This document shows, one piece after another, positions 8,322 to 16,598 of a stretch of 18,334 nucleotides of DNA. The stretch covers positions 1-18,334 of the forward strand of contig JAUWKS010000063.1 of assembly GCA_030614005.1 (NCBI GenBank). The letters are read 5' to 3'. The notes below the pieces were generated by a model, which was not told the origin of the DNA, did not search any database, and was given only the letters and a program-made list of their open reading frames with translations. The position numbers and the translations under genes were made by a program. Source of the DNA: Candidatus Heimdallarchaeota archaeon. GTDB taxonomy: Archaea; Asgardarchaeota; Heimdallarchaeia; JABLTI01. Every line of letters starts with the position of its first letter. The first letter of the stretch is position 1.

Positions 8322-8368
8322 AAAAATATATGATAGGATGATTCAACAATCAATTGTTGATGGGTGAT
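8322..8368 (+). promoter_or_regulatory. TATA-like box (8322-8331), perfect inverted repeat TCAACAAT-CA-ATTGTTGA (8343-8360) and GGTGAT SD (8363-8368)
   Basis: Read directly; the SD lies 3 nt before ATG 8372 (short spacing). Confidence 0.5.
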
Positions 8369-8371
8369 TTA

Positions 8372-9217
8372 ATGATCTTAAAGAAACTTCGAAAAAGCAA
8401 GTCAGCTGTTTCTAATATATTATCTACAATATTGATTGTTGCATTGATGGTTACATCTACTGCATTAACCTACAGCGTCCTCATTCCGACAATTGATCGC
8501 GGAAGATTAGATGCCACTCTTTCAACTTCAGCGCTCTTTCTAACTAAATTTGATGGGGCCTTACAAACACTAATGTACGATGGAGTTGGAGCTACTAGAG
8601 ATTTGGATGTAGATGCTTTTTCTGGTAGTTTGGAATTTCGCACTCAAGGATTAAATGTTCGCTTTTTTATTGATAGTGCACTCTTTTTCCCGATTCCAGG
8701 TTTGGCGTTTGGTGTAGCTAGATTTACTATTCCAAGTGATATTGCAATAATGGATCGCTCAGCTGTTGATTACATCAAAGGTAGCGCTTATTACCCTCTT
8801 GCAATTTCTGATGAAGGATCCTCTGATCCAGCAATGATTGTAATGACCAGGCCTTCTAATGATGAATATAGAATGGAATTATGGTATCGTCTTTTCCTTC
8901 ATATTCGAGATACTGGTGTAGGAGGAGATATTGACCTTTCGATTGTCGTTGTTGAATTTAGTGCAAGTGAATCTGTTCGCTCTTTAAATGATGGAACATA
9001 TAGTTTAGTGCTTAACAAAACAAGTTTAGAAGTAAACCCAACTAGATATGGGTTCGTAGGTGGTAATCCAATAACTACTTCTGGTGATGATTTCTACTTG
9101 ACCATCAATAAGATTACTGGACCAGAAATAGCCTATTCATCTATAGGTGCACGAGCGAGTGTTACAATTAATCTTATAGTGATTTCTTTAGGTATTGGAG
9201 TTATCTCTCTCTTCTAA
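8372..9217 (+). CDS. Archaeal type IV pilin/archaellin-like protein with class III signal peptide
   Basis: MILKKLRKSKSA|VSNILSTILIVALMV: a basic leader, Ala at -1 and a hydrophobic helix, resembling the archaeal KKAVSP.I..ILL consensus; beta-rich remainder. The ORF track starts at TTG 8354. Confidence 0.7.
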   Translation: MILKKLRKSKSAVSNILSTILIVALMVTSTALTYSVLIPTIDRGRLDATLSTSALFLTKFDGALQTLMYDGVGATRDLDVDAFSGSLEFRTQGLNVRFFIDSALFFPIPGLAFGVARFTIPSDIAIMDRSAVDYIKGSAYYPLAISDEGSSDPAMIVMTRPSNDEYRMELWYRLFLHIRDTGVGGDIDLSIVVVEFSASESVRSLNDGTYSLVLNKTSLEVNPTRYGFVGGNPITTSGDDFYLTINKITGPEIAYSSIGARASVTINLIVISLGIGVISLF

Positions 9218-9250
9218 GGAAAACTATTACTTAATCATTCATTCATTTAT

Positions 9251-9886
9251 TTAATACTTGAAATATTCCTTCAACTCGAGCAATTTTCGAGAGTCAACCA
9301 TTTCTTCACGAGGATTTGCCTCAACTATTTTCATTAGATTTTTGAAGTGTTTTAACGCTGCAATATGATCATTTTTTTGTAGAAAATAGAGAACGGTATT
9401 CATCATTCCCCTTGCCCCGGCAATCTGAATTTTGTTATTTTTAGGATAGATTCTCGAAAGGTCGCTTAACTCGAGTGAAAATTCACTAATAGATGGAGTT
9501 TGAGAACTTAAAGAGAAATCATAAATTGCATTTACTAGAATCATCGATAGAATCTCCCTTAGAGGTTCATTTTGTGTTTTAATAGCCAATTCACGTAAAT
9601 GATTTATTTTTCCCTTCAGATCTGTCTGGGAACTTCTACCGAAATAGATGGGCATAGCATTCAAAATTGTTTTACCATAATATAACAAAACGTCTGGATT
9701 CTCGTAATTTTCATCTGCAAATTCAATTAATTCATCAATTAATTTATCAGCTTCTTCATATTTTGCTTCCTCTGACAAATCCATTGCACCATTAAATAAG
9801 GCATTTGCAAATTCAGTTTGAGCTTCTTTATCATCGGGATTTTCATTCACTTTTTCTCTTAAAAGAGCAATTTTATTAGTCATCAA
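9251..9886 (-). CDS. Alpha-helical repeat (TPR/ARM-like) protein, about 43-aa period
   Basis: Repeated L..L....P.N.....A..L.N pattern, four or more copies; GAGAGTGA SD before TTG ATG. Confidence 0.7.
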   Translation of the reverse strand: MMTNKIALLREKVNENPDDKEAQTEFANALFNGAMDLSEEAKYEEADKLIDELIEFADENYENPDVLLYYGKTILNAMPIYFGRSSQTDLKGKINHLRELAIKTQNEPLREILSMILVNAIYDFSLSSQTPSISEFSLELSDLSRIYPKNNKIQIAGARGMMNTVLYFLQKNDHIAALKHFKNLMKIVEANPREEMVDSRKLLELKEYFKY

Positions 9887-9997
9887 GTCACTCTCGAATT
9901 TTAAAAGATTGATTAATTCAAATCATTATCTAGTACTAAGTTTGAATTGCGGTACTAAATAAGAAATGTGGTTATTTTGGGTTAGAGTACGAATAAC

Positions 9998-10006
9998 AAA
10001 AAAAAA
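9998..10006 (-). terminator. T9 tract terminator candidate for the frameshifted gene ending at 10018
   Basis: A9 run on the plus strand, 12 nt beyond the TGA at 10018-10020. Confidence 0.45.
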
Positions 10007-10017
10007 GAATGAAAGAT

Positions 10018-10567
10018 TCACGTTTTCTTTAATCTTACATCGGATATCATAGCCATTATCATTGCAGTCATCATTCCAAGTATTGGGAAAAGAATGGTGC
10101 CTAAATAAAGAACTAATTTTAAGGCACTCCTATTGCCATATATAAAACATAAGAAATCTTGCCATAGGCCATATCATATGGATCATAATTTTTAACCCAG
10201 ATTACATAAGAACCCGTTGCTAGAACTACGTATGTGTATTCATTTCCATCGTAACTATTAAGTTCATGCAAAATGTAAAACCCACCACCATTTGCATAAT
10301 CTTCATAATCCAATAAAATTACATCAGCATCATCATCAGTCTCAACAGCAAAACAAATTAACTGATCTTCTTCGGCTGCTATTATGATAGCTTCTTTTTC
10401 ACCATAATCCAAGTAATATGTTACGGTAGCAGGTGCAGGCTTCGTAGTTGAAGCAATAATTCCACCTACCAAAGATCCAAGCCCTAATACAATAGAAATA
10501 ATTAGAATGACTCCAAACGCTTTTTTTACACCAGGAGTAACATTGAATTTGACTATCTTTTCATCAT
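10018..10567 (-). pseudogene. Membrane-anchored beta-sandwich protein (TM - beta domain - TM) broken by two -1 frameshifts
   Basis: ATG ATG AAA AGA TAG (from 10567) is out of frame with the ORF that holds an N-terminal TM (KKAFGVILIISIVLGLGSLVGGIIAS) and the 117-aa ORF. A further frame gives YGNRSALKLVLYLGTILFPILGMMTAMIMAMISDVRLKKT*. One added base in an A4 run and one in a T4 run joins all three. Confidence 0.75.
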
Positions 10568-10666
10568 TTTAAACACAACATATTATGTAGAATAAATTAC
10601 TATTTAAAATTAAAGTAAAAATACCTATATTAAAACAAAAAATGGATTCTTGAATGAATTACTCAT

Positions 10667-11704
10667 TCAAATAATTATAACTATAATTATTCCACCAATA
10701 GTTAGCAAAGTGCCTATAATTATTTTCCAGTCAACTCTTTCTTTCAAAAAGAGAATTGAAAGAGGAGTAGCTATCAAAGGTCCGGAAGCAGCGATTGCTG
10801 CAGTAGTGGATGCCTCTATATTTTTAATTGCTAATAGATAAATGATATTTGCCACGACTAAACCTAGAAGAGCAGAGATTGCTACAAAAGAGATATTTTT
10901 CCAAGTAAATTTGCTTTTATTCTTTCCTCTATTAGTGCTTAAGAAAATTACTAATGAGATAGGCACTAAGAAAGCCATTCGTGCACCATTCAATGTTACA
11001 ATGTTGACATCAGTTTGTTGTAATCCATATTTTATCAAAGCTGTTCCAGTAGCCCAAGTTACAGATGAAATAATTGACAGAACAATGCCCAAAACTAATT
11101 TGCTCTTAAATAGAGGGGGGTTTTGGTTTCTAGTATCAATTTCTGGGTTACTAATTTTAGTTTCTATTTCAACAATTTTAGTGTCTATTGTGCCTTCGCT
11201 TATAGCGTTCTCATTTTTGGAAGCATCCAATATTGGTTCTTTGCTTTTTGAATTATCACCATTAACTTTAGAGAGAGAGATAAAAACTATTCCAATAATT
11301 ACTACTGCTATTCCCAGTAATTTTAGCCACTCAAAACTTACTTCGGGAAAAAAGATTACTTCAAAGATATATGTTAACAAAGGATAAGTCATAGCTATCG
11401 GGTAAGCTTTTGAAACACCTATTAATTGGAGACTTGCGAAATAAAGGAGATTGCCAATGATAATTCCCATTATTGCTGCAGAAATAAGAGGCAATAATGC
11501 TTTCCAACCAATTGTGAACATCAACATGAAATCACCTATTGCAGATACAATAATTAAAAAGGATATACTTGAAACGATTGTTTGAATAAGTAACAAACCA
11601 GAAGGTTTCAAATCCTTGCCTTGTGCTTTAATTATTACAGTAACAATGCCTGAAAGAAGCATATTTCCTATTGCTGCAATAACACCTATGGTTTGGGGAT
11701 CCAA
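10667..11704 (-). CDS. EamA/DMT family transporter (two 5-TM EamA domains)
   Basis: 10 TM helices; LIGVSKAYPIAMTYPLLT and IEASTTAAIAASGPLIATPLSILFLKERV are EamA signatures; about 55-aa polar linker. Confidence 0.9.
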   Translation of the reverse strand: MDPQTIGVIAAIGNMLLSGIVTVIIKAQGKDLKPSGLLLIQTIVSSISFLIIVSAIGDFMLMFTIGWKALLPLISAAIMGIIIGNLLYFASLQLIGVSKAYPIAMTYPLLTYIFEVIFFPEVSFEWLKLLGIAVVIIGIVFISLSKVNGDNSKSKEPILDASKNENAISEGTIDTKIVEIETKISNPEIDTRNQNPPLFKSKLVLGIVLSIISSVTWATGTALIKYGLQQTDVNIVTLNGARMAFLVPISLVIFLSTNRGKNKSKFTWKNISFVAISALLGLVVANIIYLLAIKNIEASTTAAIAASGPLIATPLSILFLKERVDWKIIIGTLLTIGGIIIVIII

Positions 11705-11847
11705 ATTCTATTCACGTAATCTTCAAATTAAAAATCATTTATGAACTCTTGTGTGTGTATACTAATGAGCGATTTTCCTTCTTTTACTGTACTTTATCAG
11801 AGGATTTTTATTTGATGGTAGAAACTTTCATTTGTCTAAAAAAATAA

Positions 11848-12099
11848 GTGATGAAGATTATGAGCGACAAATTTGAATTCGATGAAGATACAAAGTGCAT
11901 TTATGAGATTCTCAAAAAAGAAAATGATATTACGTCTCGCAGAGTTTTGGAGCTCGCTTCCTCCGAGGAATATATTGAAATTTGTTCTGGTTGTGCATCA
12001 GGTGATACCTTCCTCCGAGCAATTAAGAAAATGGAAAAAGCCGGTTTAGTTAAGTCATCTTTGGGGAAAGGTGGTTATAGATGGCATTTAAATGAATAA
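11848..12099 (+). CDS. Small winged-helix protein with C-x28-CxxC motif (paralogue 1)
   Basis: IYEILK...RRVLELA...RAIKKMEKAGLV...GYRW has a wHTH pattern; gapless alignment to the next ORF. Start may be ATG 11851 or 11860. Confidence 0.75.
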   Translation: MMKIMSDKFEFDEDTKCIYEILKKENDITSRRVLELASSEEYIEICSGCASGDTFLRAIKKMEKAGLVKSSLGKGGYRWHLNE

Positions 12100-12130
12100 T
12101 TTGTAGCGCAATGTACTAGAGCTGTATCTA

Positions 12131-12427
12131 ATGACAGACGTTGATAAAACAAATAATCAATACAATAATATAGATCCAGAACTCAAAGAATTATTTAATT
12201 CACAATCTAAAAAAGAGATTTTATGTGTTTATTCTATTTTGAAAAAGGAAAAAACACTTTCAACAAAAAAACTAGTAGAAATCGCTCTTTCTCAAGAATT
12301 TAATCATTATTGTAAAGGCTGTGCTGCAGCAGACAATGTATACAGAGCGGTCAAAAAACTTCAAGAAAAGGGTTTTGTTTTATGTCATATGAGTAAGGAA
12401 GGGTATATTTGGAAATTCATAAAATAA
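12131..12427 (+). CDS. Small winged-helix protein with C-x28-CxxC motif (paralogue 2)
   Basis: VYSILK...KKLVEIA...RAVKKLQEKGFV...GYIW; 26/63 identities to paralogue 1 by hand alignment. Confidence 0.75.
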   Translation: MTDVDKTNNQYNNIDPELKELFNSQSKKEILCVYSILKKEKTLSTKKLVEIALSQEFNHYCKGCAAADNVYRAVKKLQEKGFVLCHMSKEGYIWKFIK

Positions 12428-12504
12428 AATAGTAAACGCATATATTTTCTATTTACTTTACTGAAAAGTATTTTTGTTATACATAGCAAATGCTGTTTAG
12501 GGTT

Positions 12505-12542
12505 AAAAAAAAAATAGAGTATTAGGGATTAGAAGTCCCTAA
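12505..12542 (-). terminator. Hairpin plus T10 terminator candidate after the acyl-CoA ligase gene
   Basis: TTAGGGA-N7-TCCCTAA (12522-12542) then an A10 run at 12505-12514 (T10 on the minus strand). Confidence 0.65.
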
Positions 12543-12550
12543 GGGGTGTT

Positions 12551-14251
12551 TTATTTTACTACTGCTTCTACGTGAGTTTCTTCTCGTAGTGGTCTACGCA
12601 ATACTTTTCCAACAGGGGAAAGTGGTAGTTCTTCTCGGTATTCAAAATATTTAGGAACTTTGTAAGGAGCGAGGTTTTTCTTGCAATAAGCTCTTAGTTC
12701 TTCTACAGTGTATTTTGGTGCACCTTCGCGTGGAACGATAACTGCCTTAATTACCTCATTGACATATTCATCTTTTATTGGTATTACTGCAGCCATAGAG
12801 ATATCTGGGTGATTACAGAGGCAAGTTTCTACTTCTAAAGGCCAGACTTGGAATCCAGAAGTAAAGATACAATCTTTCAGTCTATCAACAATCTTAAAGA
12901 AACCATCTGGTGACATTTTTACCACATCACCTGTTTTCAACCAACCATCTTTGGTTATTACTTTATCAGTTTCATCTTGTCGATTCCAATATCCTTTCAT
13001 CACTTGAGGGCCTTTAACTAGCAGTTCTCCTTCATTTGTGAGATTATCTTCGTTGTATGAGTCTAATGGAATATCTTTACCGGTATTTATGTCAATAATT
13101 TTTACTTCAACACTTGGAACAGGTATTCCGATACCTTCTTGTCTGAGATTAATATCTGCAGGATTTACGTGAGTTACAGGAGAAGCCTCAGAAAGACCAT
13201 ACCCTTCAATTAGTACTGCACCTGTTTTTTCTTCAAATTTTCTGGTGACTTCAGGGTGTAGTGCACTTCCACCGGAAATACTCATTCTCAAAGATGAATA
13301 ATCATATTCACCACTTTTTGGATGTTCAGCCATTTTTTGGAACAATGTTGGAACACCAGTAAAGAATTGTATTTTGTATTTCTGGATAACTTGCATAATT
13401 TCTTCCAGTTTTCTTGGGTCCGGAATAAGGACAATCATTCCTGCAGATGCCATAGGCCAGAGGAATGAAGTTGTTAAACCAAAAATGTGAGATAATGGCA
13501 AAGCACCAATATTTGTAGATTGAACACCTGGATAATGTCCACCAATCCATTCAACCCAATAATCAATAACAAATGCTTGGGATACTAAATTTCTCTGGGT
13601 GAGCATTGCTCCTTTTGGTATACCAGTTGTTCCACCGGTGTATTGTAGGCAAGCTAAATCCTTTGCAGGGTCTAATTTTGGACGAATATCCTTATTCTCA
13701 CCGCTTTTCATCACTTGAGTATATTTTAACTCAGACTTTGAAATTTTAGTATTCTTTCGAGCAATGACATTCTTGTAGAGGAACCCTTTAACAGCGCTAA
13801 GTTCATCTCCAATAGATGAAATAATAACATGTTCAAGAGCAGTATCCGAGCGTACATCTCGAATTTTGTCTAAGAATAAGTCCAATGAAACAATTACTTT
13901 TGAGCCACTATCTTGTAATTGAAACGTTAGTTCTTTTTTAGTATAGAGAGGACTAATTGCTGTTACAATTCCACCCAAGTAAACAATACTTAGATAGCTA
14001 ATAACAAACTGAGGGCAGTTTGGCATTAAAAGAGCAACTCTGTCGCCTTTTTTAACACCTAATTTTGCAAGTCCATTAGCAAATTTTTGAACTTCAACTC
14101 CAGCTTCAGCGTAGGTTTTTTTGTTACCTAAGAAGTAGAGAAAAGGATTATTGTCTGCTTTTTCAACCGATTCATAAAAAAGCTCAATTAAGCTTAAATT
14201 TGGAACATCAAATTCAGCGGGTATTTTTGAGTGATATTTCCAATACGCCAT
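12551..14251 (-). CDS. fadD: Long-chain-fatty-acid--CoA ligase-like (ANL adenylate-forming enzyme)
   Basis: YTGGTTGIPKG, GYGLSEASP, GELLVKGPQVMKGYW, WLKTGD, DRLKD and PLSPVGKVLR core motifs; GGAG SD upstream. Chain-length specificity cannot be read from sequence. Confidence 0.88.
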   Translation of the reverse strand: MAYWKYHSKIPAEFDVPNLSLIELFYESVEKADNNPFLYFLGNKKTYAEAGVEVQKFANGLAKLGVKKGDRVALLMPNCPQFVISYLSIVYLGGIVTAISPLYTKKELTFQLQDSGSKVIVSLDLFLDKIRDVRSDTALEHVIISSIGDELSAVKGFLYKNVIARKNTKISKSELKYTQVMKSGENKDIRPKLDPAKDLACLQYTGGTTGIPKGAMLTQRNLVSQAFVIDYWVEWIGGHYPGVQSTNIGALPLSHIFGLTTSFLWPMASAGMIVLIPDPRKLEEIMQVIQKYKIQFFTGVPTLFQKMAEHPKSGEYDYSSLRMSISGGSALHPEVTRKFEEKTGAVLIEGYGLSEASPVTHVNPADINLRQEGIGIPVPSVEVKIIDINTGKDIPLDSYNEDNLTNEGELLVKGPQVMKGYWNRQDETDKVITKDGWLKTGDVVKMSPDGFFKIVDRLKDCIFTSGFQVWPLEVETCLCNHPDISMAAVIPIKDEYVNEVIKAVIVPREGAPKYTVEELRAYCKKNLAPYKVPKYFEYREELPLSPVGKVLRRPLREETHVEAVVK

Positions 14252-14299
14252 TTATATTTACTCCTGATTCAATTTTTAAACTAATTTAAATAACGAATG

Positions 14300-14311
14300 T
14301 ACTTATAAGTA
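14300..14311 (-). promoter_or_regulatory. Palindromic TATA-like element TACTTATAAGTA upstream of fadD
   Basis: Perfect 12-bp palindrome about 50 nt upstream of ATG 14251. Confidence 0.35.
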
Positions 14312-14385
14312 ATATATTCTTTACTTACTAAAAATTCTTTTTAAAGATTATTGTTAAATAATGACAAAAATTATGTAAAAAATGA

Positions 14386-15462
14386 TTATTTTTCTAAAGT
14401 CTCTAGAATTTTTAATATTCTTGAGCTAGTGTCTTTATAACCATACAAGTCTTCATTGAACGATATTTCTTTTGATAACATAATCGCCAATTTTTCTTTA
14501 ATTTCACCAGGATTTGCTAAAATATTTCCACCAGCTTCGATTGTTTCCAACCATTCAGTTTGTTCTCTAACAGTTACACATGGTTTCTTATGCCAATATG
14601 CTTCCTTTTGAACACCACCTGAATCAGTTATGATCGCTTGAGATTCTTTCAATAATTTACTGAACTCAAAGAAACCAACTGGTTCAATAATAATTACTTT
14701 TTCTTCTGCTTTTTCAAGAATGTTCAATGCTTTCAGCATATTCTTTGTTCTTGGATGTAGAGGTAAAACCACTGGTAAATGTAATTGTCCTAATTCATCC
14801 ATTATTTTAGGTAATTTTTCATCAATAGTATTTTCTGCGCGGTGTATTGTAGACAAAATATATTCATCTGGAATATCTTCGCGACGAGGCAATGCATTTA
14901 CTTTGTCCTCAATCATAAATGCAATTTCATACATTGTATCACCAGTTTTATGCACATTATTTGTAATACCTTCATTTTTTAAGTTCCTTACAGCAACTTG
15001 TGTTGGACAAAAAAGTAAATCAGAACAATGATCAGTAAGAATACGATTTATTTCCTCTGGCATCATTTTATTGAAACTTCTAAGACCTGCTTCAAGATGA
15101 GCAACCTTCACATGTAACTTAGATGCTGCGAGAGCACCACTTATCGTTGAATTTGTATCTCCAGGTACTATTACAACATCTGGTTCATTTTCAATTATTA
15201 CTTGCTCAATTTCTTTTAACATCTCACCTGTTTGATACCCATGTAATCCCGAACCTACACCTAAATTATAATCAGCAGGTTCTACACCCATTTCTTTGAA
15301 GAATACATCAGACATATTGATATCATAATGTTGCCCTGTGTGTACTAAAATGTGGTCATGTTTTGTTTTTCTGATTGTTTCAGTAAGAGGAAACATTTTA
15401 ACGAAATTGGGTCGAGCTCCTACAACAGACAAAATTTTCAGATAAATTACTCTCCATTTCAA
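14386..15462 (-). CDS. wecB: UDP-N-acetylglucosamine 2-epimerase (non-hydrolysing)
   Basis: GARPNF, HTGQHYD, GDTNST, HLEAGLRSF, PEEINR, TIHRAEN, HPRT and TDSGGVQKEA all present. Start is TTG 15462 or CTG 15441. Confidence 0.93.
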   Translation of the reverse strand: MKWRVIYLKILSVVGARPNFVKMFPLTETIRKTKHDHILVHTGQHYDINMSDVFFKEMGVEPADYNLGVGSGLHGYQTGEMLKEIEQVIIENEPDVVIVPGDTNSTISGALAASKLHVKVAHLEAGLRSFNKMMPEEINRILTDHCSDLLFCPTQVAVRNLKNEGITNNVHKTGDTMYEIAFMIEDKVNALPRREDIPDEYILSTIHRAENTIDEKLPKIMDELGQLHLPVVLPLHPRTKNMLKALNILEKAEEKVIIIEPVGFFEFSKLLKESQAIITDSGGVQKEAYWHKKPCVTVREQTEWLETIEAGGNILANPGEIKEKLAIMLSKEISFNEDLYGYKDTSSRILKILETLEK

Positions 15463-15647
15463 TAATTAACAAAGTTCTTTGGAATTGTAAATAGTTAAAT
15501 ATACTTCATTTAATAAATTTACTTAAATATAAACTAGGTTCCGAGAGAAAATTCAAAAAATTTTCACTTTTTTCCAAGAAAATAGAATAATGATTTTAAA
15601 CAAGAGAATAGTAACTTTTATTTTAGTTAATCATAAATAAAACCAAT

Positions 15648-16514
15648 GTGTCCATAATGGCTAATCAGAAAAAAATACTTGTAGTGATACCTGCTCGAAA
15701 TGAAGAGAAATTTATAGGAAAAACAATCAAAGCACTTGGTAATCAAAATCCACTACCAACAAAAGTAGTTATTATAAATGATGGATCAACAGATAAAACT
15801 GAGGACATCGCAAGAGAAACTTCTAAGATAGCAAAGTTAAACCACAAAATAATAAATAGAAAAGATAGAGGGTTCGCTGCTTTAGGTCAAGCAACGCTTG
15901 CAAGAATATACAATGAATCATTCAGTTCTGTTGACTTGTCAAAATATGATTTCTTGGTTATTAATGGTGCTGATGCATTATTAGCAAATGATTATTTTGA
16001 GAAATTATTAACAAAATTTAATGAAAATCCGGATCTAGTTATTGCTAGTGGTTATTGTCCTGGAGAAAAGATTAACAAAGGACATGCTCATGGCATTGGA
16101 AGATTCTATCGGATGGATTTTTTTATAAAAACTTGCAAAGGTAGATTTGAAATCAGCAATGCATGGGAATCTATTCCTATATTTTTAGCAAATGTTAATG
16201 GTAAAAATGTTAAAAGTTTCCAAGAACCAATATTATATCACTTACGACCAAGATTTACCAGAGCAGTAGATCGAATATATATTTTACGTGGAGCAGCAAT
16301 GAAAGAAGTAGGTTATTGGACACCATATGCTATTGGTCGATGCATACGCGTGAGCCTCAGACACAAAAGAATTAAAGTTGGAATATTGATGCTTGTTGGT
16401 TTTTACAGAGCAAGAACAAATAAGCGTTTAGAGAAATTTGCAGAGGAATATCGAAAGTTTCAAATAAATTTTGTAACAAAAACCTTATTGATAAAATTAA
16501 GAATACTAAAATGA
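15648..16514 (+). CDS. Glycosyltransferase family 2 (GT-A)
   Basis: VVIPARNEE and INDGSTDKT; the DxD position reads GAD; basic C-terminal helices. Confidence 0.85.
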   Translation: MSIMANQKKILVVIPARNEEKFIGKTIKALGNQNPLPTKVVIINDGSTDKTEDIARETSKIAKLNHKIINRKDRGFAALGQATLARIYNESFSSVDLSKYDFLVINGADALLANDYFEKLLTKFNENPDLVIASGYCPGEKINKGHAHGIGRFYRMDFFIKTCKGRFEISNAWESIPIFLANVNGKNVKSFQEPILYHLRPRFTRAVDRIYILRGAAMKEVGYWTPYAIGRCIRVSLRHKRIKVGILMLVGFYRARTNKRLEKFAEEYRKFQINFVTKTLLIKLRILK

Positions 16515-16598
16515 AAAAGAGAAAGCTCTATTAAATTTTTTTTATTTCTCGAACAGAAGAATTTTAAATCCACTCAAACTCAGTATGTATATTATCAA

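Noticed and set aside
9915-9992. AATTCAAA-N18-TTTGAATT inverted repeat and three GTAC(T/G)AA-like motifs
   Set aside because: Short, AT-rich and irregularly spaced; not a CRISPR array or convincing operator.
10018-10035. C-terminal RLKKT of the repaired protein as a KKxx ER-retrieval-like signal
   Set aside because: Lysines are at -3/-2, not -4/-3; the positive-inside rule explains a basic tail.
10650-11387. Plus-strand ORFs 10650-10841 and 10842-11387
   Set aside because: Antisense shadows of the EamA gene.
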